Source: an uncultured Pseudomonadota bacterium (GTDB taxonomy: Bacteria > Pseudomonadota > Gammaproteobacteria > Burkholderiales > JALYOK01). From it: a stretch of DNA of 64,000 bases. Numbering within the stretch: position 1 is the stretch's first letter; every line of letters starts with the position of its first letter. Shown in pieces: positions 47,221 through 57,360 of the stretch. The translations under genes and the position numbers were made by a program. The stretch lies in contig CAVQPB010000001.1 of the NCBI GenBank assembly GCA_963714525.1, positions 21,495 to 85,494 of the forward strand. The letters run 5' to 3'. Below the pieces are notes generated by a model. It was not told where the DNA came from. It saw only the letters and a program-made list of their open reading frames with translations, and did not search any database.

Positions 47221-49428
47221 ATGTACAGATTTGTTGTTCTTTCGGCGATTTTTTTCTTCGCCCTTGCCTCTAGCGCACAAACCATTTCCCTTGAGCCGGT
47301 CGTTGCGGGCTTAAAAAGTCCCATCGGCGTTTACCACGCCGGCGATGGCTCCGGCCGTTTGTTCATCCTCGAACAAGGCGGTTACGTCCGAATCTGGAAC
47401 GGCACTCAACTTCTGACCACACCATTTCTCAACATCGACGTCTTGACTAACGGCGGTGGTGAGCAAGGCCTGTTGGGCATTGCGTTTCATCCGAATCACG
47501 AATCTAACGGTTTCTTTTTTGTCAGCTACACGGACTTGTCCGGAAACACGGTGATCGCTCGTTATAGTGTGTCCACCGCGAATCCCAATGTCGCCAACGC
47601 CAGTTCCGGCACAACGATTTTATCTGTTGCGCAGCCTTTCTCTAATCACAACGGTGGTCAAATTCAATTCGGCCCCGATGGTTATCTTTACATCTCCATG
47701 GGGGACGGCGGCGACGCGGGCGATCCGGGAAATCGCGCGCAAAATCTCACCACAATGCTGGGAAAGATGCTGCGTATCGATGTCGATCGTGGCCTGCCTT
47801 ACACCATTCCCGCGACCAACCCGTTCGTCGGCAATACCAATGCCGCGGTCAAAAAAGAAATCTGGGCTTATGGTTTGCGTAACGCCTGGGGCTTTAGCTT
47901 CGATCGCAGCACCGGCGATCTCATCATGGGCGATGTAGGCCAGAATGCCTGGGAAGAAATCGATTTCCAGCCGCGGTCCAGCGCCGGCGGTGAGAACTAC
48001 GGCTGGCGCAAGATGGAAGGTAATAACTGCTTCAATCCCTCGACCAACTGTAATGATGGCACGCTTACCCTACCGATCATCCAGTACAGTCATGCTGCGG
48101 GCAACTGTTCCGTGGCGGGCGGTTATCGCTACCGCGGCAGCCGCTGGGCGACGCTGACGGGCACTTATTTTTACGGCGATTTATGCAGCGGACGCATATG
48201 GGGCGCCAAGCCAAGCGGCGCGACTTGGGTCACCAACCAACTTCTCGACACGGCGCTCACCATCAGCGCATTCGGCGAGGACGAAGCGGGCGAAGTGTAT
48301 GTAGTCGATCTGGATAGCGCGAACGGCGCGGTCTATCGTATTGCGTCTACCAGTAGTACTACGGAAATCATCGTAGATAATTTACCCGCCGGTGGTCGGG
48401 ATGCGACGCGAACATTTACGGGAACATGGTGTAAGTCCGGCGCTGCCGGGTTTTACGGCGCGGATTCCCTCTACAGTTGCGGCAGCGGTATCGACACCTA
48501 TCGCTGGACCCCCAACATTTCCAGCGACCGCGCCTACGACGTCTATGTGCGTTGGACTGCCAACCCGAATCGTTGGACGGCGGTTCCGGTAACAGTCGTT
48601 CACGCAGGGGGAACCACCACGCAGAATTTCAATCAGCGCATTAACGGCGCCGTGTGGACTCTCCTCGGACGGTTTACATTTAATGCGGGAACCGCCGGTT
48701 ATATCGAAACTAACGATAGCGCCGGCCAAGCTAACGCAGACGCAGTACGCCTAGTTCCCGCGTCGGGACCTGCCACGGCGAAATTGACGGTAAGCAAGGC
48801 GGGGAGCGGCAGCGGACGCGTAAGCTCTAATCCCGCCGGTGTTGATTGTGGCGCCGATTGCACGGAGGACTTTTCGCTTAACAGCGTCGTGCAAGTTACG
48901 GCGACACCCGATGCCGGTTCGACGTTTTTCGAATGGGGCGGACCCTGCGCCGGAAATGGCGCTTGCACGATCACCATGAACGATTCGAAATTCCTGGCGG
49001 CCACCTTCCGCGTGACCGATGTCATTGTCGACAACGCCGGTTTGGGGGTACAAGATACAGCCGGTGGACGAACCTTCACGGGTACATGGTGTAGATCGTC
49101 TGGCCTGCTGCCTTTTGGCGCCGAATCCTTGGCGAGTTGCGGCAGTGGGCTCGATACCTATCGGTGGACGCCGAAAGTTCCGAAAGCGGGGGGCTACGGT
49201 GTTTACGTCTGGTGGACCACCCATCCCAATCGCTCGAGCACTGTACCGATCACGATTCAGCATGCCGGTGGCAACACAACCGTGCACGTAGATCAGAAAG
49301 TCAACGGCGGGAAGTGGGTGTTGCTCGGCACTTACAATTTTTCTGCAGGCTCCGTTGGCTCCGTTCAAGTCAGCGATGCAAATGGCCAAGCCTGCGCCGA
49401 TGGGATCAAACTTGTTCCTGCGTTTTAG
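47221..49428 (+). CDS. Secreted PQQ-dependent soluble sugar dehydrogenase-like beta-propeller + divergent InlB-B-repeat + two copies of a ~125-aa C-terminal module
   Basis: RBS AGGAG. Signal MYRFVVLSAIFFFALASSAQ. GSDH-like N-terminal ~400 aa (GLLGIAFHPN..., NHNGGQIQFGPDGYLYIS). B-repeat region ...LTVSKAGSGSGRVSSNPAGVDCGADC...WGGPC. The modules lie at ~48367-48762 and ~49021-49425 (IIVDN...FTGTWC.S...YSCGSG.DTYRWTP...Y.VYVWW...NR...VP.T..HAGG...Q..NGG.W.LLG...F.AG..G......A.GQA.AD..KLVPA). Confidence 0.7.
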   Translation: MYRFVVLSAIFFFALASSAQTISLEPVVAGLKSPIGVYHAGDGSGRLFILEQGGYVRIWNGTQLLTTPFLNIDVLTNGGGEQGLLGIAFHPNHESNGFFFVSYTDLSGNTVIARYSVSTANPNVANASSGTTILSVAQPFSNHNGGQIQFGPDGYLYISMGDGGDAGDPGNRAQNLTTMLGKMLRIDVDRGLPYTIPATNPFVGNTNAAVKKEIWAYGLRNAWGFSFDRSTGDLIMGDVGQNAWEEIDFQPRSSAGGENYGWRKMEGNNCFNPSTNCNDGTLTLPIIQYSHAAGNCSVAGGYRYRGSRWATLTGTYFYGDLCSGRIWGAKPSGATWVTNQLLDTALTISAFGEDEAGEVYVVDLDSANGAVYRIASTSSTTEIIVDNLPAGGRDATRTFTGTWCKSGAAGFYGADSLYSCGSGIDTYRWTPNISSDRAYDVYVRWTANPNRWTAVPVTVVHAGGTTTQNFNQRINGAVWTLLGRFTFNAGTAGYIETNDSAGQANADAVRLVPASGPATAKLTVSKAGSGSGRVSSNPAGVDCGADCTEDFSLNSVVQVTATPDAGSTFFEWGGPCAGNGACTITMNDSKFLAATFRVTDVIVDNAGLGVQDTAGGRTFTGTWCRSSGLLPFGAESLASCGSGLDTYRWTPKVPKAGGYGVYVWWTTHPNRSSTVPITIQHAGGNTTVHVDQKVNGGKWVLLGTYNFSAGSVGSVQVSDANGQACADGIKLVPAF

Positions 49429-49460
49429 GTGAATTGCTTTAATCAAATGAGGAGATCTAA

Positions 49461-51650
49461 ATGCCTGCACTTGTACAGCGCGCGATCCCTAAAGTAATAT
49501 TCCTTGCGCTCACCATAATGTTTTTTGCACAGCAAGCCACTGCACAAGTTGCATCGCCTTTCCCAGTGGCTAATCCGAGCTTCGAAGGAAGTTATGGCGC
49601 GCTTGCGGACTGCAGCAATATCACCGGCGAAGTGGCCATGGGTTGGAGCGATAATACCTGCTGGGACGAGCGCCGCCCAGTGATACGCTATGCACGGGAT
49701 ACGGTCAACCCGCATAGCGGTACCGCATCGCAAAAAATTACCTTGGTGAGCGGCAGCCGCGTGCAGTTTTCTCAGTTTCTGTCGCTGGCTTTTGAGGCAG
49801 GTAAGCGCTATTCGACTTCCGTTTGGATGCGTGCGCAGGCGCCGATGTTCGCGACCATCGTGTTGCGGCAATCAGGTCCGCCGTACACCGGTTACACCAG
49901 CAAGTTAATCCGGCTCTCGACAGCCTGGACGCGGTTTGATCTCGACGGTTTCACCGATAGCACGGACATTGTGCTGCTTGTTATCGCGGAGTCGCCGGGT
50001 ACTTTTTGGATCGACGACGTTGCGATCCAAAGCGAAGCCTCAAACGCTCTCAGTCCCTCGCCGCCGACAACTGCCGTGCCGCGCGCTTATTTCGCCATGC
50101 ATTTCAATCGTCTCGATACGCCTTGGCCGCGGGTAAATAATGCCATCGGTTCGGTCAGGATTTGGGACGCGGGAGAAAATCGTAACGGATCCGGCACGGG
50201 CGCGCAATGGTCGGAAATAAATGCCGTGGCGGGCAGCTTCGATTGGAGCGGCCTCGACGCACGCGTTGCGGCGGCGCTAGCGAATAACGCCGATATCGTT
50301 TACACGTTGGGTGGCCGCACCCCGCAATGGGCTTCCGCCCGGCCCGATGTATTTAGCCCCTATGGGCCTGGTCAATGTGCCGAACCTAAGAGCGACCAAG
50401 TATGGCAAGACTGGGTGCGAACCATCGCCACGCGCTACAAAGGGAAAATCAAACTTTGGGAGGTGTGGAACGAGCCTGATATTGCCGATTTCTACTGCGG
50501 TTCGCCCGACAAACTCGTGGATCTCGCACGGCAAGTCTACGCTATCGTCAAACAAGTCGATCCCACCAACCGCGTATTGTCTCCGGGCTTTAGCGGTTAT
50601 CAAGGCCCAGGGTATCTAGATTATTATTTAGCGAAGGGTGGGGCGCAGTACGCGGATATCTTGAGCTATCACTTCTACGTCGATACGCCCGAGCAAAACG
50701 CGGGAGGACGCATGGCAAATCTCCGGTCCACGATTCAGCGCTATGGTGCGCAAGCCAAACCGCTGTGGAATACCGAACAGGGCTGGATCGAAATTCCGAC
50801 CCCGACGCCGATTCCACAGGCGACGGCTGCGGCCTATGTCGCTCGCACCTACCTGCTGAATTGGGCCTACGGTATCGGGCGTTACTACTACTACACTTGG
50901 GATAATCAATGGAACCGCTTTCAGTTTGTTCAGGCCGATGGCTTGACCTTGACGCCTGCCGGAGTTGCCTACCGTGAAGTGGCGCAGTGGATGACAGGGA
51001 AGGTCATGGAGTCGCTCAGCAGCGATGTGAACGGCACTTATGTTGCAACGTTGCGCGACACCGGTGGCAAAAAGTTGCGTGTGCTGTGGAACCCGCGGCA
51101 AAGTGTGCAATTCGCGCTCCCCGCAAGTTGGGGCGTTAACCAGCAACGAAACCTTGCTGGCGCCCTGGTGAATTTGACCGGAAAGACGAGTGTCGCAATC
51201 GGTGCGTCACCGGTCTTGCTCGAGCAAGCCGCAGCGTCCGGAACCGAAATCATACTGGATAATCTGTTGGCCGGCGGACGTGATGCCACGCGCAGTTCTA
51301 CCGGCACCTGGTGTCAATCTATCGCAGCCAATAAATACGGCGCAACCTCGCTCTACAGTTGTGGCGCCTCGACTGACACCTACCGCTGGACGCCGAACTT
51401 GCCGAAAGCCGGTAGGTATGAAGTCTACGTCTGGTGGGCAAGCAACCTCAATCGCTCGACCCGCGTTCCGATCAGTGTGGTTTCGGCCACGGGATCGGTC
51501 AGTAAAATCGTCGACCAGAAAACCACAGGGGGTAGTTGGGTTCTACACGGCATCTATAGCTTTACCGCGGGTACGACGGGCTACGTGCAAGTGAGCGATG
51601 TCAATGGCCAGGCGGGTGCCGATGCGGTGAAATTCGTAGCGGTACCATAG
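49461..51650 (+). CDS. Secreted glycoside hydrolase (clan GH-A-like, WEVWNEPD acid/base motif) with N-terminal CBM-like domain and the same ~125-aa C-terminal module
   Basis: Signal peptide. PSFEGS...WIDDVAIQ reads as a CBM4/9-like jelly roll. The catalytic (beta/alpha)8 has ...KLWEVWNEPD.... C-terminal module at ~51247-51647 (EIILDNLLAGGRDATRSSTGTWCQS...YEVYVWW...VQVSDVNGQAGADAVKFVAVP). Confidence 0.7.
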   Translation: MPALVQRAIPKVIFLALTIMFFAQQATAQVASPFPVANPSFEGSYGALADCSNITGEVAMGWSDNTCWDERRPVIRYARDTVNPHSGTASQKITLVSGSRVQFSQFLSLAFEAGKRYSTSVWMRAQAPMFATIVLRQSGPPYTGYTSKLIRLSTAWTRFDLDGFTDSTDIVLLVIAESPGTFWIDDVAIQSEASNALSPSPPTTAVPRAYFAMHFNRLDTPWPRVNNAIGSVRIWDAGENRNGSGTGAQWSEINAVAGSFDWSGLDARVAAALANNADIVYTLGGRTPQWASARPDVFSPYGPGQCAEPKSDQVWQDWVRTIATRYKGKIKLWEVWNEPDIADFYCGSPDKLVDLARQVYAIVKQVDPTNRVLSPGFSGYQGPGYLDYYLAKGGAQYADILSYHFYVDTPEQNAGGRMANLRSTIQRYGAQAKPLWNTEQGWIEIPTPTPIPQATAAAYVARTYLLNWAYGIGRYYYYTWDNQWNRFQFVQADGLTLTPAGVAYREVAQWMTGKVMESLSSDVNGTYVATLRDTGGKKLRVLWNPRQSVQFALPASWGVNQQRNLAGALVNLTGKTSVAIGASPVLLEQAAASGTEIILDNLLAGGRDATRSSTGTWCQSIAANKYGATSLYSCGASTDTYRWTPNLPKAGRYEVYVWWASNLNRSTRVPISVVSATGSVSKIVDQKTTGGSWVLHGIYSFTAGTTGYVQVSDVNGQAGADAVKFVAVP

Positions 51651-51720
51651 CGGATAACTCGCAACGATGCCGTGCCGCACATGGTCGGTGTTGCGTTTAG
51701 ATAGTTTTGGGGAGAAAAGG

Positions 51721-51984
51721 ATGAGACGGGCATTTAAGATTTTGTCGAGTATAAGTGCGCTGCTGTTTTTATCGATTCTAACTTTCGGTCACGCTTCAGC
51801 GGTCGAAATTATTCTCGATAATGCCGCCCTAGGCGTGCAAGATACAGTAGGTGGCAGAACGTTCACAGGCAAGTGGTGTACCTCCATCGCGACCGCTAAG
51901 TTTGGCGCGAATTCCTTTTACTCCTGCGGTAGCGGTCCCGATACTTATCGGTGGACACCGAAAATTATCGTTGCCGGATCCTAC
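51721..51984 (+). pseudogene. Fourth member of the module family (signal peptide + module only), truncated after ~55 module residues by the IRt of the transposon
   Basis: MRRAFKILSSISALLFLSILTFGHASA then VEIILDNAALGVQDTVGGRTFTGKWCTS...DTYRWTPK. The reading frame then runs into the transposon IR (tgtcgttttcagaagacg...). Confidence 0.6.
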
Positions 51985-52127
51985 TGTCGTTTTCAGAAGA
52001 CGATTGCACCAATTATCTGGACGTAACGCCCGGAGTGCAGTCAACTCCTGATAGCCAAGTATCAGAAGTCATCTTCACCAATCTCGACTATGCTCAATAC
52101 TCGTGTGCACCAAAGCGAGGTGAGAGC

Positions 52128-52491
52128 ATGGCGTCAGACACTTCATTGATCGCCGAGCAAGGCGTGGCCACACTGCCCGATGCGGCATGGGCGCAAGCCC
52201 GGCAACGGGCGGAATTCATCGGGCCGCTGGCAGCCCTTGATGTGGTCGGGCATGAAGCTGCCGATGCCGCTGCTCACGCGCTTGGTCTGTCTAGGCGGCA
52301 GGTGTATGTCCTGATCCGCCGTGCCCGGCAAGGTTCGGGGCTTGTGACGGACTTGGCTCGCAGCCGATCTGGCGGAGGCAAAGGCAAGGGACGCTTGCCG
52401 GAATCGGTCGAGCGCATCATCCGTGAGCTGCTGCAAAAGCGCTTCCTGACCAAGCAGAAACGCAGCCTGGCGGCGTTCCACCGCGAAGTAG
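52128..52491 (+). pseudogene. tniA: tniA 5' segment (Mu-like DDE transposase), interrupted by an IS21-family insertion
   Basis: MASDTSLIAEQGVATLPDAAWAQARQRAEFIGPLA...LSRRQVYVLIRRARQGSGLV...LTKQKRSLAAFHREV, then the IS end. Confidence 0.8.
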
Positions 52492-52723
52492 TGCGTATTT
52501 CACGCGAACGTGACCGTTGATTTAGCGGTGTGACCGGTCATTTCAAAAATATCGTGACCGGTGAATTCAGAAATAGCGTGACCGGTTATGGATAGATTTT
52601 TGAAATAAAAGCCACGCTGTAGCGTGGCGAATTTTGTTAAGGGGAAAGTGCGAAGGTAATTGAAGATATTTGGTAGCCTGCGCTCCATTTCGAGGAGCGA
52701 GGATGCCCAGTCGGAGAATTACC

Positions 52724-54248
52724 ATGCGCAAGATCAAAGAAGTATTACGGTTACGCTACGCCTGCGGGCTGTCGCTGGAACAAATCGCCCGCGCCCAGAA
52801 TCTGTCCAAAGGCGTGGTCGCCAAATATTTGAAGCGCGCTGCCGCCGCCGGGATCGATGGCGCGATCGCGCAGACCCTGGCTGAAGCCGATTTAGTCGAG
52901 CGGCTCAAACCGAGTAACGACACCCGCGACAGTCGAGTTTCACCGCCCCCGATTTCGCCCAGATTCACCAAGCCCTGAAGCAATCGAGCGTCACGTTGCA
53001 ATTGCTGTGGGAAGACTACCGTGATCAGTGTCCTGGTCGCCCTTACCGCTACACCAGCTTCTGCGTCCAATATCGAATCTTTGCCAAAGCCCTGAAGCGC
53101 TCCATGCGCCAAGTCCACCGCGCCGGTGAGAAACTATTCGTTGATTACGGTGGCCAGACTCTTTCGGTCATTGACCCGGCCAGCGGCGAAATCCGCCGCG
53201 CCCAAGTGTTCGTCGCGGTGCTCGGCGCCTCGAATTACACCTATGCCGAAGCCACCTGGACCCAAACCGCCGCCGACTGGCTAAGCGCCCATTGCAGCGC
53301 ATTGGCGTATTTCGGCGGGTGTCCCGAGATAGTGGTGCCGGGCAATGCGCGCGCCTTGATTGCTGATCCGGATCGCTACGAACCTTCGCTGGGTCTCGCG
53401 CACCAAGAATGGGCGGCACACTATGGTTGCGCTGTCATTCCGGCGCGCCCGTACCGGCCGCAAGATAAAGCCAAAGTCGAAGTGGGTGTACAAGTGGTGG
53501 AGCGCTGGATTCTGGCGCGACTGCGAGCACGGCAATGTTTTAGCCTGGCCGAACTCAATGCCGCAATTTGGATGTTGTTGACCGACCTGAACCAACGCCC
53601 GTTAAGAAACTGCCGGGCAGTCGCGCCAGCGCCTTCGCTACCCTCGACCAACCGGTGCTCAAACCGTTGCCTGTAACCGTGTTTGAATTAGCGCGCTGGA
53701 AGAAAGCCCGGGTGTCAATTGACTACCACGTTGATATCGAACGTCACTATTACAGCGTGCCGCATCAATTAGTCGGCGAGTTGGTCGAGGTGCGCATCAC
53801 CGCCCGCATGATCGAATGTTTGCATCATGGCAAACGCGTCGCCAGTCATGTCAGAAGTGCCTTGCCCGGTCGCCACACCACCCAGGCGGATCACATGCCC
53901 AAGTCTCACCGCGCGCACTTGGAATGGACGCCGGGACGGTTGCTCAATTGGGCGTTGTCCATCGGTCCGGCTACTCGCGATGTCGCTCAATACCAGCTCG
54001 AATCTAAACCCCATCCGGAAATGGGTTATCGCGCCTGCTTGGGACTGATGCGCTTGGCGCGTCAATACAATCCGGCACGGTTGGAATTGGCGTGTGTACG
54101 GGCGCGGGCTTTACGGGCGATGACGTATCGCTCGGTCGCGGCGATTCTGAAGGCCGGCCTGGAGCAACAACCCTTGCCGCCACCCCGGCAAATTGATCTG
54201 GCGTTACCCGTGCACGCCAATGTGCGCGGCTCGAAGTATTACCACTAA
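52724..54248 (+). CDS. istA: IS21-family transposase IstA (two apparent frameshifts, ~52935 and ~53600)
   Basis: MRKIKEVLRLRYACGLSLEQIARAQNLSKGVV (HTH), then QLLWEDYRDQCPGRPYRYTSFCVQY...DYGG... (DDE), then a C-terminal segment. The three ORF-track pieces are contiguous in homology. The first shift is a missing g in ccggat. Confidence 0.7.
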
Positions 54249-54263
54249 CCTGAAAGGAATCTC

Positions 54264-54998
54264 ATGCTGAATCAACATACCTTGCAGTTATTAACCCAAC
54301 TCAAACTCGATGGTATGGCACGCGCCTTCGAGGAACAATCCAGCCAGACCCATGCCGCCAGTTTATCGTTCGAAGAACGCTTTGGTCTCCTGGTGGATCG
54401 GGAATTCACGCATCGCGATACGAAACGGGTTGACCGATTATTGAAGCAGGCAAAACTAAAAGTCGCGGGGGCGTGTGTAGAAGATATCGATTACCGCGCC
54501 GGCCGCGGCTTGGATAAACGGGCGATGGCCAGCTTATCGACGTGTGATTGGATCCGCCATAGGCACAGCATATTAATTGCCGGGGCGACCGGTTGTGGCA
54601 AGACGTGGCTGGCCTGTGCGTTCGGCCAGCAGGCGTGTCGTCAGGGCTTCTCGGTGCTGTATGTTCGCGTACCGCGGTTGTTCGAGGAGTTGCGTATCGC
54701 CCACGGCGACGGCAGCTTTACCCGTAAGCTCGCCGCCTTGGCGCGCACCGATGTGTTGCTGTTGGACGATTGGGGTGTGAATCCGCTGACGCAGCCGGAG
54801 CGTGCCGATCTATTGGAAATCCTGGATGATCGGGTGGCAACGCGTTCAACGATCATCACCAGTCAACTCCCGGTCGAGCATTGGCATGAGTATTTGGCCG
54901 ATCCGACGTTGGCCGACGCTATCCTGGATCGGATCGTGCATCAAAGTCATAAATTGAAACTCAAAGGCGAGTCGCTTAGAAAGCAAGAATCCGCATGA
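54264..54998 (+). CDS. istB: IS21-family helper ATPase IstB
   Basis: 244 aa. Walker A GATGCGKT and the DnaC-like AAA+ fold. Confidence 0.85.
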   Translation: MLNQHTLQLLTQLKLDGMARAFEEQSSQTHAASLSFEERFGLLVDREFTHRDTKRVDRLLKQAKLKVAGACVEDIDYRAGRGLDKRAMASLSTCDWIRHRHSILIAGATGCGKTWLACAFGQQACRQGFSVLYVRVPRLFEELRIAHGDGSFTRKLAALARTDVLLLDDWGVNPLTQPERADLLEILDDRVATRSTIITSQLPVEHWHEYLADPTLADAILDRIVHQSHKLKLKGESLRKQESA

Positions 54999-55136
54999 TT
55001 CCGGAAACGGCAACAACGCGCTTCGCGCACCGGTGCGTGACCGGTTAGTGTAAGTGTATCGCCTTCGCTGTCCCATCAGCACCGGTCACGTTATTTCTGA
55101 AATGATCGGTCACGTTCGCTGAAATACGCAAAGTAG

Positions 55137-56450
55137 CCGGCTTGCAAAACGCAAAAGCTGCGGGTGCCGGCGCGCAACACCATTGCCTTACGGATCGCCA
55201 ACCTCGACCCGCTCAAAACCGCTCGCCACCGGGAAGGGCAAGATGCCGCCCGCTGCCTGCAAGGTGACGGCGGGGAGCCTACTGCCGTGACCGCGCCACT
55301 CGAACAGGTGCAGATCGACCATACGGTCATTGACCTGATCGTGGTCGATGAGCGCGACCGGAAACCGATTGGCCGCCCGTACCTGACCGTCGGCCATCGA
55401 CGTGTTTACAGCGCTGCGTGCTCGGCATGGTGGTCACGCTGGAAGCGCCGTCGGCCGTCTCGGTCGGGCTGTGCCTGCGCGCATACTGCCTGCGACAAGC
55501 GTCCGTGGCTGGAAGGGCTCGGATGTAGAAGTGGAGTGGGCGAAGAGCGGCAAACCTAAGCAGCTCTACTGGACAACGCAGCCGAGTTCAAGAGCGAGGC
55601 ACTGCGCCGGGCTGCGAGCAGCATGGCACGGTTGGACTATCGCCCACCTGGGCAGCCGCACTACGGCGGCATCGTAGAACGGATCATCGGCACGGCGATG
55701 CAGATGATCCACGATGAATTGCCGGGGACGACCTTCTCCAATCCCGACCAGCGCGGGGCTTACGATTCCGAGAAGAAGGCCGCCCTGACGCTGCGTGAGC
55801 TGGAGCGCTGGCTGACATTGGCGGTGGGCACCTATCACGGCTCTGTGCACAACGGCTTGCTCCAGCCACCAGCGGCACGCTGGTCCGAGGCCATGGCGCG
55901 TGTCGGTGTGCCGGCGGTCATCACCCGCGCCACGGCTTTCCTGGTCGATTTCCTGCCGGTCATCCGCCGCACCCTGACCCGCACGGGCTTCGTCATCGAC
56001 CACATCCACTATTACGCCGATGCGCTCAAGCCGTGGATCGCGCGGCGTGACCGCTGGCCGGCCTTCCTGATCCGCCGCGACCCGCGCGACATCAGCCGCA
56101 TCTGGGTACTGGAACCGGAAGGTCGGCACTATCTGGAAATTCCCTACCGTACCTTGTCGCACCCTGCTGCCACCCTGTGGGAACAACGGCAGGCGCTGGC
56201 GAAATTGCGGCAGCAAGGGCGCGAACAGGTAGATGAATCGGCGCTGTTCCGCATGATCGGGCAGATGCGCGAGATCGTGAGCGGCGCACAGAAGGCGACG
56301 CGCAAGGCGCGGCGCGACGCGGATCGGCGCCGGCACCTCAAAGTGTCGGTTCCACCGGCCAAGCCAACTCCGCCGGAAACGGACGTTGCTAACCCGCAGG
56401 TGGACAACCTGCCACCGGCCAAACCGTTCGACCAGATCGAGGAGTGGTAG
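55137..56450 (+). pseudogene. tniA: tniA 3' segment; additionally carries several frame changes between ~55330 and 55620
   Basis: ...AQKLRVPARNTIALRIANLDPLKTA...VQIDHTVIDLIVVDERDRKPIGRPYLT [shift] ...CDKRPWLEGLG [shift] VEVEW...[shift]...LDYRPPGQPHYGGIVERIIGT...PAKPFDQIEEW. These pieces are spread over three frames (ORFs 55164, 55402, 55623). Confidence 0.75.
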
Positions 56451-56452
56451 CC

Positions 56453-57360
56453 GTGGACGAATATCCCATCATCGACCTGTCCCACCTCCTGCCGGCAGCA
56501 CAGGGCCTGGCTCGGCTGCCGGCGGATGAGCGCATCCAGCGTCTTCGCGCCGACCGCTGGATCGGCTATCCGCGTGCGGTCGAGGCATTGAACCGGCTGG
56601 AAACCCTGTATGCGTGGCCGAACAAGCAGCGCATGCCCAACCTGCTGCTGGTCGGCCCGACCAACAACGGCAAGTCGATGATCATCGAGAAATTCCGGCG
56701 CACGCATCCGGCCAGCTCAGATGCCGACCAGGAACACATTCCGGTGCTGGTCGTGCAGATGCCGTCCGAACCTTCGGTGATCCGCTTCTACGTCGCGCTG
56801 CTCGCCGCGATGGGCGCACCATTGCGCCCGCGCCCACGGCTGCCGGAAATGGAGCAACTGGCGCTGGCCTTGTTGCGCAAGGTCGGCGTGCGCATGCTGG
56901 TGATCGACGAGCTGCACAACGTCTTGGCCGGAACAGCGTCAACCGCCGGGAATTCCTCAACCTGCTGCGCTTCCTCGGCAACGAGCTGCGCATCCCGCTG
57001 GTCGGCGTCGGCACGCGCGACGCCTACCTGGCCATCCGCTCGGATGACCAGTTGGAAAACCGCTTCGAACCCATGATGCTGCCGGTGTGGGAGGCCAACG
57101 ACGATTGCTGCTCACTGCTGGCCAGCTTCGCCGCTTCGCTACCACTGCGACGGCCGTCCACGATCGCGACGCAGGACATGGCCCGCTATCTGCTCACCCG
57201 CAGCGAGGGCACTATCGGCGAACTGGCGCACCTGCTGATGGAAGCCGCCATCGCCGCCGTGGAGAGCGGCGAGGAAGCGATCAACCACCGCACGCTCAGC
57301 ATGGCCGATTACACCGGCCCCAGCGAGCGGCGACGCCAGTTCGAGCGGGAACTGATGTGA
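56453..57360 (+). CDS. tniB: TniB AAA+ transposition ATPase, with an apparent -1 frameshift near 56935 (ggaaacagc read as ggaacagc)
   Basis: ...LLVGPTNNGKS (Walker A)...VIDELHNVLAG, then in the next frame NSVNRREFLNLLRFLGNELRIPLVGVGT...RRQFERELM. Confidence 0.8.

Larger units (their letters stand above)
52492..55130 (+). mobile_element. IS21-family insertion sequence (istA-istB) inserted in tniA, flanked by a 6-bp target duplication AAGTAG (52486-52491 and 55131-55136)
   Basis: Terminal IRs tgcgtatttcacgcgaacgtgaccg / (reverse complement) tgcgtatttcagcgaacgtgaccg. Multiple subterminal cgtgaccgg repeats at both ends. Size is 2639 bp. Confidence 0.75.

Noticed and set aside
52492-52600. Stacked direct repeats cgtgaccgg at ~20-nt spacing
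   Set aside because: These are the subterminal IstA-binding repeats of the IS21-family element. They are mirrored at the other end (55060-55130), so they are not an independent repeat array.
17023-57360. Programmed ribosomal frameshifting as the explanation for the frame changes
   Set aside because: There are many sites in unrelated genes, with no shared slippery heptamer or downstream structure, and the shifts run in both directions. Random indel error, or a recent degenerate state, is far more parsimonious.
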